Below are positions 36,031 to 48,500 of a DNA stretch of 64,000 nt, in pieces. Location of the stretch: assembly GCF_009834535.1 (NCBI RefSeq), contig NC_045696.1, positions 44,456,001 through 44,520,000 on the forward strand, in the 5' to 3' direction. A program made the translations under genes and the position numbers. Under the pieces are notes generated by a model, which did no database searches, was not told the origin of the DNA, and saw nothing but the letters and a program-made list of their open reading frames with translations. Source of the stretch: Camelus ferus. Lineage: Eukaryota. Position 1 is the stretch's first letter. Every line of letters begins with the position of its first letter.

Positions 36031-38289
36031 ATCTAAGTATTCTAAGAACACTAGGAATATCCAAGTATGTGTCTCTAATGGAATGTGATGATAAAATAGG
36101 GAAATACTCCATGTAATTCAAATGCATATTTAGTCATTTTTCAAGATTAAAGAAAATATTTATTTAGAGCTAGTAACTTTCTGAATGCTTGTATATAGGC
36201 ATCTATGTTCAAATTTAATCACTGAAATTCTTTCTCTTACAATAAAACAACAAAAATGTTGTTTAAATTAATTTTTCTGTTCCATTTGCCATATTTGTTT
36301 TCATCCCCACATAAAAGACACACGGGAATATTCCTTTTCGTGATTATTTTACAAAGTTAATATACATTTCGCATTACAGAAAAGAATCCTAGATCTAGGA
36401 AACTGAATAAGAAACAGATGTTGGGAAATTAGTGAGACCTAAAAGGCAGCCTACCTTCATTTCTATTATAAAGAGACCCACATCAGGACCCCTGTTGTGG
36501 TTATATTCTCTTAACAGAAGTTTCATTTGGATTTTTTTCCAGTAATGAAACCCAAGTCAGGACGTTTTCAAGCTGCTGATACGCCTACAAAGACTATGGA
36601 TTCTTTTAGGCAAGTGTTATTTTGAAAATACCTGTCCCATTTAAAGGATTGCTGCAGGGCACCAAAGCAATAGAAATTTTTCAAGCCCCGCTGCCCCTAT
36701 CATAACCCTTCTGGTGCCCAGCGTGATACTTGGTAAGCAAATACACGAACTACTTGCTAAAGAAGTGCTCTTTTTAAAAATTTATTATTTACTAAATCCG
36801 AGGGCATCTCAGAACATTCCCTACTCGTGCCCTTCAAATCTTCAGCCTGTTGATTCTGAGCTGAGAGGACAACTACCGGGATGTTAAGAAAGACCTACGT
36901 TACTAAGACTCCATTGGGTTGAGCCTTCTAAAAACAGGTAACTGCCGGGTCAAAATGAAACCACAGGTCATCATCTTTATGCATTAATTTTCAATTGGGA
37001 TTAAGAACTATACTATTTTGGTGCCCTGATTTTCCAAAATAAATTACTAGTTTAAGGTGATTAATGAAATAATCAGTCAGGAGACCAAGCGAGGTGAAGG
37101 AACACAGCAGACGTACCAAACATTACCAAAGACATTTTCCCCACATTCAGAAAAAATGTTGACTTTTTAAAATTAGATTTTAAAAATGCAGGCCTAGACA
37201 AAATCAACTTGAGAATTAAAACAAGTAACATTCTCTTACTATTTTTTTTTTCATGTCAGGAACTGGTTTTTTTCTCTTGTTGTTTTTGTTTTATTTTTCC
37301 ATCTCTCTTTTAATTGTAATTTGTCCTTTTCTTAGAATGCAGATGCTTTTGATTTAAATGCAGTTTCCTGGCTTTCCTTTTCTCTTTTCTTTTGTTTAAT
37401 CAATTTTTACCCTCCCTTTTTTGTTTGGTCAGATCTCCTACACACAGCCACCCCTACACATTTTACAATTGTTCTGCTATGCTACATCACTACTCCAATG
37501 ACAATTTTTAGATCAGTTAACAAAAGTCACCTTCTGTAAAAATAATAATCTCCTCCCAAATTGGCATGATGATTATTTTAAATATAGTTTTCATTAACTT
37601 ATTTGTGAATTATAAGATGTTTCTCTCTACAATAATAATAACAATAAAACAAACAAACAAACTGGGCCTTAACTGTGAGAAATTGAGTGAGATGTTTTCT
37701 CTATAGTCCATAATGCTGTGGCTAATGCTTCTAAATAGCTATATATCATCTCTCTGGAGCTATAAGCTCCACATCATTTTCCTCAAAAACTTGTTTGATG
37801 AAACAATATTTCCACAATATGCTAATTGGTACTAAGGAAAGAAATCACGTGAGAAATACTGTTGCAGTTTAAAAAAATTATCAGATTTTTATATTTTTTA
37901 ATTTATCTTGGAATAGGTAAGACACAGAAATATGTAGTGCTGCAAAATTATGTGTCATGCCTATACCAGGACTATGACATTATTCTATTTCTTTGCAAAT
38001 TTTTGGTATATGTGCTAACTGATCAAGCACAACTGACTTACTTTTTATATTGTAAGGCATCCTAGATCATTGAACATGCTAATGTATCTTATAATTTCCA
38101 GTGGGAAGAAGAGAATGCAGCCAAATATATCTGACCACAAATCCCTTCCATTCTCCTGTTTATTGCCCTTACCCACTTCCCCCTAGAATGCTTCCTTAGA
38201 AAAATATTCTGTCGTCCACAGCTGAGAAAATCTGCTCTAGACTGAACCTTCAGAGTGCTACATGCCAAAGAAAATACCACAGGCACAAG

Positions 38290-38530
38290 CCAGCCCAGTG
38301 GACTTTTGAGTCAAACAGACTCGGTTTTGAATTCATTTCTCAGTTACACAACTTACTTGCTAAACTACCTGAGAATGTTTTTTAAATCTCTCACAGGCCT
38401 AATTTCTGCATCTATGAAATGGGGAAGACAACGTGCATCTTGTTGAGTTGACATGATTTCTCACAAGATAACATGTAAAAATCCTTGTGCATAACCATAG
38501 CATTCATAGAGCACTTACTAAATGCTGTAG
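38290..38530 (+). mobile_element. MIR SINE
   Basis: 'gacttttgagtcaaacagactcggttttgaatt...cctaatttctgcatctatgaaatgggg'. Confidence 0.85.
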
Positions 38531-39493
38531 TCAACTTAGAGCATGAGTAAGTATAACAGTGAGCCAGAAAATTACATTACATATTAGTTAGGAAATTTTG
38601 CTGGATTTAGGAAATGTTCACTTCGTTATAGTAAATTTGTGATCATTTTTAATCAAGGGTTTTTTTTTCTGAGTTTTAAGCTCCTTTAAAACAGAAGTCA
38701 TGTTTCATTTATCTTTTAATATACTTGAAAAATAGCAGCTAATCAATTCTGGTAAAATTAATTGAAAAAATGTTATGTCACAATGTCTGCAGTCAATCCT
38801 TCCCAACCATACATACCTAACACAACAAACTTCCATCAGTTATTAAGTTATAAATAATATATTAAGATATTTTATTAATTAATTTACATATAATTACAAT
38901 TTAAAATCTAATTTTCATGAGGCACAATACCTATTGAACCCAATTTACCAGTTCCTTTAGAGATTAATGTGTAAATACCTGTCTCTAAAGCATGGGGTCA
39001 TAAGGTAGAGGTAGATTCTGTCAAAAGCCTGTCCCTGATTTAGAAGCACATATAACTCTTTTAAACAATTGAAGTCACTGTCTTAAGTTTAAAATAGATG
39101 GCTTGTTTAATGTTATCATTTTCTAGAATTTATAAGATTAATATCAAAAAGATTCAGTCACCAGATTCTCAGAAATGAACAATTGCCACTAACGGCCACT
39201 AACTATAGGTCCCTGAAAGTGTCACCATTTACAATTCGACAAGCATGGCTTTCACGTCATCAGTGAGGCTGGTGTATTCAGGGTCCACAAACAACACCTA
39301 AGTTAACTACTGTCAGGAGGATACAATGCCCTGCAAGATAGTGAAAAATAGAACTTCAGTGCTTTATAGAGAGAAATTTGAATATCATAGTTTTCAATTT
39401 CAACCCTGAGGTCTAGGCATTCTCAGAGGCTTCAGATGAAAGCTCAAAGATTTCACAGACTGCAGGGAGATAACAAGAATTTCACACAAGAGA

Positions 39494-40983
39494 CAGAGCC
39501 AGCAACAGGACATGTAACCTGTGCAGTCTTTCAAGGGTCCTGCTTTTGGTTCAACGTTCTGCTCTCACTGTCTCAAAATTTCATAATTTTAACTTTGAAC
39601 CTGTGTTGTAAGTGAAGTCCGGCGGCACACTGGAGCATACAGGCGAGCAGAGGAGATAACGCTACGTGCAAGCTCAGGCTCAGGCCAGAGAGCATGGTGG
39701 CAGCTCACACCAAGCAGGTGACCTGGCCACATGTGTTCATGTCTGGGCCAGTCCATGGCAGCACAGGGCCCCAAGGGAGCAGCTTGCACTGGGCCCCAGC
39801 AGACTGGTGGCAACAGCAGCAGCAATGTCTTGCTGAAGTAGCAACAGTGGTAGCAGACAGGACACCAGCTTGTCCGGGCCTTCCCAAAGCCCTGCCTGAT
39901 GCACCTGCACAAATCACAAATATTAACTCTCCAGCCTGGGTGCTGAGACAAGATCTGCCTGTGCTCATGCTGTAAACTTTGTCAGTAAATTGTAACAAAT
40001 TACAAGGGTACACAAGAGCACTGCAATAAAGCATATCAGCAAACTATTAGAATTCTTCAAAGGGTTAGACTCAGGTTTTGAAAACTGCTGCAACATTGCA
40101 AAGCAAATATCCCTAGGCATAGAAATTGAATTTAAAGATAGTCACATTTGATGAAAAAGAACACTATTTTCATATGAAGCTTCAAATGAATCAATTATTT
40201 ACAAGGAGTACAATTTTAAATTAACTTTTCTTATAATTGCAGATCGTGATAGAAAGCACAAACAGGTATTTTTTTAATTATAAATAAAGTATGAAGTCAC
40301 TTTTGTTTTTTTGAGTAATTCCTACAAGTTACAGGAAATGTCAAAGATTCATTAAAATTCCATTGTACAAACTGCAATTAAAATTAAATTTAGACTTATG
40401 TGAAATTGATTCCTATACAGGTTTAAATATTTTTAGGAAAATTATTTCTCTAGAATCATCAGCTCTAGATATACTAAAATTTTTATTTTAAAATAATTAT
40501 TGGAAAGTTATTCCAGCTCTAGCAGTTGTAGCTGCAAAAAAGATTCTTCTCAAAAATAAAAATTATCAAAACTTAGTTGATAATTATTTATGACTGACAC
40601 TACTTTCAGTTATATAGGTTAAAAATGAAGTTGCTAAAAATACAAATTTGATGACCTAATGAAGTTTAGAAAAGCTGATCAGAAAAATCAAGATATAACA
40701 TTAAAAGACTATTGTAAGAGTGTTATAAATGCATATCACATAATAAAGTATCATTATATATAATCTCATTATCATAAGCTATAGGACTAAACTTATTCTG
40801 CGATCTTTTTGTTATTACTCACGTATCTCTACTGTATCTATAACATTTTATAAGCAATAAATTTTTTAAACGAAAAGCTTTATATTTTTGTATTTTAACT
40901 GAACTTTTTCTTTCCTGCTTTTTGAATCAGGGGCTTTGAATTTCATTTTGTATCAAGACCCACAAATTGTGTATTCAGCCCTG
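39494..40983 (+). mobile_element. MER45R-like hAT-Tip100 transposon with transposase remnant
   Basis: Both ends resemble the MITE at 32012 ('acctgtgcagtc...gttctgct', 'tttcattttg...cacaaattgtgtattcagccctg'); near 40541 RFFSKIKIIK resembles the hAT dimerisation motif ERSFSKLKLIK. Confidence 0.85.
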
Positions 40984-41819
40984 TACACGTAACTTCATTC
41001 ATTGCCACCTATTCTTGCTATCTCACTTATTTCACTAATTTCTAGATTCTCCTCATCAAAAATTTCGGAGTTCTTAACCTGGCATGGTTACCCCTAAGAT
41101 AAAATAATGATGGATCGTATTACAGAATAACTTCAAGCAATGCACATGATATTTTCAGAATCTTAATTTTTCCACCTATAAAGTTGATTGGTGGCCAGGA
41201 TCGACACAAGTGTCTGTCTGTGGGCCCTTTTTATGTAACACTGCCAACTCTCCATGGGCTGCTGTTTCCTGAACATTCTCTGAGAAAGATGTATATACAT
41301 AAGAGTTACTTCAGGTTTAAATTCAGCTTTAAAAAAAAAGTCAAAATGCTTCAGAATGTAGGGTAATTTGTATACTGCTCAGGTAGGGTGGGTGTTTGTT
41401 TTTGGTAGTTCCTAATAAATCAAACTTGAAAGACTATGCACTTATGAGTTTCCAACCACTAAACCATACCAAAATATTTTTTTTCCTGTCATGAACACAT
41501 CAACTCTCAGGGAAAAAACACAAGAGAGAAAACCTTACCACTCAGTTATTTTTCTTTATAGAAGACACACATACATAACCTTCTAACTAAAAATTAGGAT
41601 ATGTAAATTATCTACCTACTGTAAATAATACAATCATGTAAATATGTATTTGTAAATGTATCTTGTTTAAACACTTAGGAAAATTTTGAAAGATTACAGA
41701 ATTTTTAATAATCAATAAACAGTATTTACTATTCTCTCTGATTATGCAAAAGGCTTATTTTTCAGCAACAGTTTTTCTACAATAATCAATCCTCAAATAT
41801 CAATAACAATGCAGAAAAG

Positions 41820-41990
41820 ATAATGTCAACAGAGTTTAAGAGTAAGAGAGCTAAATATGAAGTCATGTTTTAGTTTGGCTGGACTACTCTGATGCTAAGT
41901 CATGTGGGGCAATTTATTTTAAGGCATTTTCTTCATATATAATGTGAAGTTTAAAATAGTTCCTACCTCTTAAAATTGCTTTGAAAATTA
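41820..41990 (+). mobile_element. MIR SINE (diverged)
   Basis: 'ttttcttcatatataatgtgaagtttaaaatagttcctacctcttaaaattgctttgaaaatta'. Confidence 0.6.
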
Positions 41991-41999
41991 GGCTGAAAC

Positions 42000-43470
42000 A
42001 TAAAAACATAAATGAGATAAAATTTAAAAGAATAAAAGCAGGAGGAAATTGACATAAAACAAGGAATAGATAAAAAACCTATTGTAGCATAAAAACTTAG
42101 CAGATAAAAATCTTTAAATTACCTGCAAAAAAATAAGAAAAAATATAATATCCATGAAATATATATGGAATGCTGTTTTTAAAATATATAATGTATATTT
42201 TATTCTTTTATTGTATGTATATATACAATACATACATATATAACAAAAGAATAAAATATCTTATAATAATTTAAATAGTGAAGGCAGAAATAAAAAGAAA
42301 ATGAATAGAAGAGTTTTAGATAAACCTGAAGACACCACTGGAAAAGTAAAGAAAAAGAAAAGAGAGAAAAAGAAAAATAGAAAGAATAATTAAATCAAGC
42401 ATTAATCTGGGAGGTTCAGCATGCAAATAATTCAATTTTCAGAAAGAACAAATAGAGAAAATGGAGAAAAGAAGTAAAGAAAGACATAATTCAAGAAATT
42501 CCCCAGAATGCCCAAGAAGGAGATAATCTTTTCGATTCAAAGTGCCTATTGGAACAAGGAATGAAAAAAGACTCACATCAAGTCACACTATCATAATGGT
42601 TCAGAAATGTGGTCTAGTTTTCAAAAAATGTACCACCACTAACTCAAGCTACTAGATTCATCCATCAGGAAGTTACAGGATGCTTCAAGGAACAAAGAAT
42701 TAGCAGGAAAAAAAAAATAAACTAAACTAAAAGTTAGCTTGAAAACAGAGGATCCAAAGAAAGAAGGCAGGGAATAGAATTCCCAAGATGGTGGTGAAAT
42801 GCATTCCTAGAAAAACATCTGTGCATCTGTCCAGAGAACAGATAATCCAGACAAAAGGAGCTAGACAGAAGTCTTCAGGAGGAATCTAACAGAAAATGGA
42901 TGGAACTGAGAGAATATTTGTGATACTGGAGTACTAAGTCACATTTCAGTTTTTTTTCAGGAATTTGGGATAAATTAGTAATAGGTTAATAAAAAAAAAG
43001 AAATGATGAAAAAGGGGGGAATTAACCCTATTAAAAGATGTGCAATAACATAATGTAATCGTTGAACATTCCATGGATAAGAAATGAACAATATTGTTAT
43101 AGTCATAAATGTAAACCCTGAATGTTAATTTAACAAAAATTGTGATATGTCTTGGAAGTATAGGGTAAGGGGGTTGCAGGAAGGGGTCAGGAGTGATACA
43201 AATAAAGTAAAACTTAAATGTCAATTTAAAGTCAAAAGATAATATCAAAGTTTAAAAAAGCAAGATATAGTTGGTGTACATATACATATAATTACAGAAA
43301 AAAATGATTTAGATGATTCAGCAGTATCCTCTGAAAAGTAGAATTTGAGAGTAGGGAGAGAGGGTAAAGGAGTCCTATTTTTCTTTATAGGACTAGTAGT
43401 GCTATTTGACTTTGTTTAAACTGTGGACATATATTATCTCGATAAAATTTTAAATTAAATTTGAAAACAA
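42000..43470 (+). mobile_element. HAL1 / L1 ORF1-type element
   Basis: ORF1-like 'ttcagaaagaacaaatagagaaaatggaga...ataattcaagaaattccccagaa' followed by HAL1-like 'tcccaagatggtggtgaaat...ctgtgca...ccagagaaca...tccaga'. Confidence 0.7.
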
Positions 43471-43769
43471 AACAGCAATGTCATACAAAACATTTAGTAC
43501 AGCTGTGTCCGACTGAGTTTACCTTTTTTTTTCTTAAATCTACATTGAACATCAGTCTGTGGGAGACTTATAAACCTATGGGATTTTTTCCATGCCACTC
43601 ATAACATCTATGGGACACATTTCTTTTAATCCATTAGTATTTAATCAAGGAATAAAGATTTATTTAACTAACAATAAAAGAGAATTTTTATACACTGCAG
43701 ATTCAATACAATGAATATTGTAATATCTTTTACATAATATATATGAATGTTTTTAAAATTCAGTGTGTA

Positions 43770-43915
43770 TATAAATTACCAGGAAATCGTGTTCTGAAGA
43801 TTCTGGTTCTGAAGGTCTGAGGTGGAGCCTGAGATCCTGCATTACAAACAAATGCTCAGATGATGTTGCTTCTGATCCCAGGACTATACTTAAATTGTCA
43901 GCACAGCTCTAAACT
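43770..43915. mobile_element. MER5A fragment
   Basis: 'ttctggttctgaaggtctgaggtggagcctgagatcctgcattacaaacaaatgctcagatgatgttg'. Confidence 0.8.
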
Positions 43916-44127
43916 ATTTTTCTGCTCCACATTGAAAATAATTAAAAGTTAAATATGTTCATTTCATTTCAAAAGGATTTAATAATCAAATAAATTTTGG
44001 AAAATTTAGATTAAATATTAATTTCAGGATTCCTCAGGGTTTTCAAAATGCTAATGTGGATTATCAGTCTACAAGTTAGGAAGAACATAGTTTCCTTTTT
44101 TTTTTTTTTTTTTTTTTGGCCACTAAC

Positions 44128-44543
44128 TGTTAAAGGAAAAATTATTCATGACATTTGTTAAAAGACAGTGAGGCAGACTTTAGTCAGGGGCACTGCTACA
44201 GTGGGGTTTTACCATAGGGGAGAGATATTGAGCTCCCCAAATACCATAAGGAAAAGCAGGGATTTGTAGTCACGAAGTCAGGTAAGGGGGTCAGTGGATG
44301 AAAAATTTACTAAAGAGGTAAGGGTAATTTTTTGCTTAACGACATACATAATAGGAGCCTTGCTGAAGTCAGGCCAGGGCAATTATACACCAAGGGTAGA
44401 GGATCTTCCCTAAACTGACTCATCAGGATTCTTCAAAAAACTAGAGTAAGTGGGCCAGGAACAGAGAGAAAGATCGGGGCCCAGTCAGAAAGAGGGCTCA
44501 GAGGAATTTGACTAGAGTAAGGTCAAGGAAAGAGTCTTTGTCA
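44128..44543 (-). mobile_element. MER31-like ERV1 solo LTR
   Basis: Reverse complement begins 'tgacaaagactctttccttgaccttactctagtcaaattcctctgagccctct' and ends 'tgaataatttttcctttaaca'. Confidence 0.88.
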
Positions 44544-45039
44544 CCACATATCCCATTAAAATAAAAAAAAAAAAAAAATGATGCATCAGCTTTTGATGTT
44601 ATTGATATATGCAAGAAACTTAAATATCTTTGCACTTTCTTCTACTTGAAGAATATATAGAAGAAAAATAAAAAGAACTTTCAGATACAATATCCTAGGT
44701 AAAAAAATAAAAGCATAAAAAATGAACTCTTTCTATAATTTAAGCCTTCAATTAACAAATACTAATGCAATACTTCCTATTTTTCAAGTGAGTTATACCT
44801 AAAGGTTACACAAAAGAAATTAAACCAGGCGTAATAACAAGAATCTTAAACATTTTTTGAAAACCCCTGGGACCTCGGCAGGCCGGAATCTTCAGTTTCA
44901 GTTTTCACTATAGCAGAAAATAAGAAAAGGATTTCCTCCCTTTGGCAAGCTTTGCCTTTCAGGAAACTATTGCCTCAGGTGGCCTGTGTCTGTTGCTGCT
45001 TTTTTCATTTCCTTGCAAGCTCTTTGACCCTAAATTGAG

Positions 45040-45215
45040 CCACTGGTTCCTCAACATACCCATGCATCTGAATCACTTGGAGGAAATTTAATAAAATATA
45101 AATTGCTGGGCCCCAATTTACTCCAGGATCACCAGCTACTACTTATATTTTTTAGCTCACATAAGGAACACTGGAGCAGCCAATCTGGGAGTACTCCTTG
45201 GACAAGCAGTGGATT
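45040..45215. mobile_element. MER5-type MITE
   Basis: 'cactggttcctcaac...tgcatctgaatcacttggagga...aaaatataaattgctgggcccc'. Confidence 0.65.
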
Positions 45216-45479
45216 GGCATGAATTAAATTTGCTAAATATCTAAGGGTATATTGCCTCTAATGGTTTTAAAATGTGTGTGTGTGTGTGTGTATGTGGAGA
45301 GAGTATGTGAGAGACACAGAACACTAGACATTAAGATTTCACAACTGGTGACTCTAGGTCTGGGTAAGGGGTATATGTACTTTCCATACAACTATTGCCA
45401 AAGTTTTAAAATCCTTTAAAATAAAATAGTGAAGAAAATCCACAACTGCCCCCGAAAATTCACCACCAGCTGCAGCAGA

Positions 45480-45720
45480 CCTGCTACTCTCAGTCCCCTT
45501 TAGCAACTACTCTATTTCTCTTTTCCACAGCATTTGTCATCTTCTAATAAACTATATTACTAAATAATTTACTTATTCATAATGTTCTGTGCCTGTTATC
45601 TGTCTTACCCCACTAAGACATAGACTCCAGGAGGGCAAAGATTTTCTTCTTTTTTGCTTACTGATAATTTACAAAACCTTTGATCAGAGACTGGCACAGA
45701 GAAACCACTGAGCACAAATT
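45480..45720 (+). mobile_element. L2a 3' end
   Basis: 'tctgtcttaccccactaagacatagactccaggagggcaaagatttt...ctggcacagag'. Confidence 0.85.
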
Positions 45721-46149
45721 TTCTCATCTCCAAAATAAAAAAAAAAAAAAGTAACTTCAAAGATATAATGTGAACACCTGCATTTACCGTCAAGACTTTT
45801 TTGTATAGCCATAACTCCTTTACCGGTTACTCAATATTTTTAATCAATTTTAGATTGACTCATTTCTATTTGCTGAGCCTCATCATAAACAAAAGTCTAC
45901 ATAAAATTATGATTTTTATGTTCTAGCTCTACTTCCAATAAATATTAAAATTTAAATTATTAAAATAGTAAATATCAGAATAGTCCCTAAAATTACCTCA
46001 GATTTTCACCAGTGGTGTTGGAAGCACAGAGCTTTATGAGAACATTGAACACAGTGACTGGTTCATGACAGATACTCAGTAACATTTAAACCTGATTGAA
46101 ATCCTTTTCAATATGTAGCTTTTCACTACATATAAATATATAATATCTT

Positions 46150-48500
46150 AGGACAATCACCAGAAAATTTTAAACTTTTAAAACTCAACGTGAAAAATGG
46201 AAAAAAAGAAAAATTGCTCAAAGAGAGAAAAGAAGGAAAAAAAGAGAAATAATGAAAAATGTAAAATAGAAAATCATTAAAATACAGCAAGCATAAATAC
46301 AAATACATTCATAATAACAAAAGTATGAATGAAACATATTTTATATTAAAAGACTCTCAAATTAAAGTGCTTTGCTTTTTTAAAAAATTTTACAGTATAC
46401 TGTTTACAGGGGATAAACATGACACGGAAAGGTTTAAAATAAAGAAGTACAAAAGATTTAACGATCAATGTCAGCTGATAGAAATTGATTGCCACACTAC
46501 TAATATCAGACGAAGTAGAATTAAGACAGAAAACCTTAAATAGGATAGAAGGTGAAGCAAAATTAAAAATAAAAACTGTCATGACCCAATATACATCAAA
46601 CAATATAACCTACAATAATATATGCAAAGCTGGTAAAACAAATTAAAAATTGACATACAACTTGAGATTTTAATACACGTCTCTGAAAATTCTGAATTCA
46701 ATGAAACAAAGGGGATAAAAATCACTAATACTAAAGACAATTTGGGTAACACAATTAAATGTATATGCACTCACACATAGTTTTTACAGTCCTGTGGAAT
46801 AGCAAAAATCTCAATAAATTCCACAAAGCAGAAAATAATTATGCCACATTGTTTGAACATAATGTAGGTAACATTAGAATTCCATTTACAAGTAACATTT
46901 AGTTAAAACATCAACTTTCCAATCAGATAACTCCGGGGGAAAAAAAAGTAATTAAAATGGAAATGACAGATTATATATAAATGAAGATTAATGAGAGTTT
47001 TACATAAAAACCCTACAGGATATAGACAAAGAACTATTTGGAACAAATAAGGAAGCTGTATATAAACTTTACATACATCCACATACTAAAAGGGGGCAAT
47101 TTGAATGTAAATTGATTATGCTTTTAAAACTCATTAGTCTAGGAAGAAAAAGGTATTTAAAAACTATTATTTTACATCCTTGGCTATTCTGAAAAGTTTA
47201 GCCATGTATATCTTCTCCAAACCTCCTTCTCACCCATCTTTCAGTCTTATTCCTTTCTTATCCCAAGCCTTCTAGAATATCATTATCCAATACTCATGAA
47301 TAAGGTGGCTTCTGGGTCCCAGATGAGTGATCACTGAGAGGCCACTAGCCATGAGTGATGCTCTTAATAACCAAATCAGCAAAGTGCATAAGCCAGCTCT
47401 TTCCCCTAGCCACACCAGTACTTGCTCACTTAACTAATAAAGAAAGGAGCCCTGACGGCAGGAAAGAAGCCTGCGTATAAACTTAAAACAGAGAATCCCT
47501 CTCCATAAAGATGACATGGCTATCACTCTGCAGAGAATCAAATAGTTGGGCATTAGCAACCAACCTCAGGTTCTATTTCAGCACCAAGTACTGGGCTTCA
47601 GGGAGCAGATAGAGTTGATTAGAGTGGCATATTGAACACCTTGCACCTATGAGTAAGAGTGAATTAAACTCACTGAAGTCATGGAAATGTCATGGCCACA
47701 GAGGATTTATTCCAGGAATTCAAGAGTATTATATTATTACTCTGTTAACAAATCAGCACATACATAGGTCAATGGATTCAAATACTTCATTTTCCATACA
47801 TACCCCAAATTTATCAAATAAATTCATCAGACATTTCCATTAAGTTTAATAGATGAAAATGTAAGGAGAAAACTATTTAAAATAAAACATAATTTCTCCA
47901 AAATTTCTAAGATTTTTTTTTAAAAATGGGAGAATCAACAATATTACTAAAATATTTCTGTGAATGCTAGCCTATGTAATTAAAAACAGTAAAATAAAAT
48001 AGGATGTGTAAATACAATGTGGGTTATTTGAACATAAAAAGAAAATATGCATGGGAAATACAGGAAAATTAACTGAAAAAAATTAGGACACTTAGGTTAG
48101 TGTGGAAGCAAATGAAAAAAATTAAGCCAGAAAAATGCCACAGATGAAAATTAAATTTAAGAGTAAAGAATAATATTTAAGCTATAAGAATAAATATTTC
48201 TAAAATGGTGTCAATCTGTTTGAAATGTGGAAAGACATAACAAGAGAATCCTTCATAAACACACAGATATATGATGTTCCTGGATGGGACTCAAAGGAGC
48301 TTCAGCCTAAGGTCCAAGAATGAGCGCTGATTATACTTAACTGTAGAACTTCAACAAAAAGATGAATAAGGGAGATAGACTAGGACATACATTTGACTGT
48401 ATGTTTTAAAAATACAGAAATGTCATTACCAACAAGAAATCAAAAACAGAAAGGAAAGAAAAAGTGAAAAATAGACTAAGCTTGCTGACTTCCTGCTAAG
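46150..48500 (+). mobile_element. Ancient L1 (L1ME-type) ORF2 fragments, endonuclease onward, interrupted at about 47150-47690
   Basis: 'ctaatatcagacgaagtagaat' (LISDxVE), 'gagattttaatacac' (GDFNT), 'ggatttattccaggaattcaag' (GFIPGxQ); boundaries approximate. Confidence 0.75.
47290..47650 (+). mobile_element. ERVL internal pol (RNaseH/integrase junction) fragment
   Basis: Decayed frames DALNNQISK and SQLFPLATPVLAH...DGRKEAC resemble ERVL 'NNQVD...SQPLSPATPVIAQWAHEQSGHGGRDG'. Confidence 0.7.

Noticed and set aside
39589..40034. Three overlapping ORFs of 93-120 aa
   Set aside because: They fall in the GC-rich arm of the MER45-type transposon.
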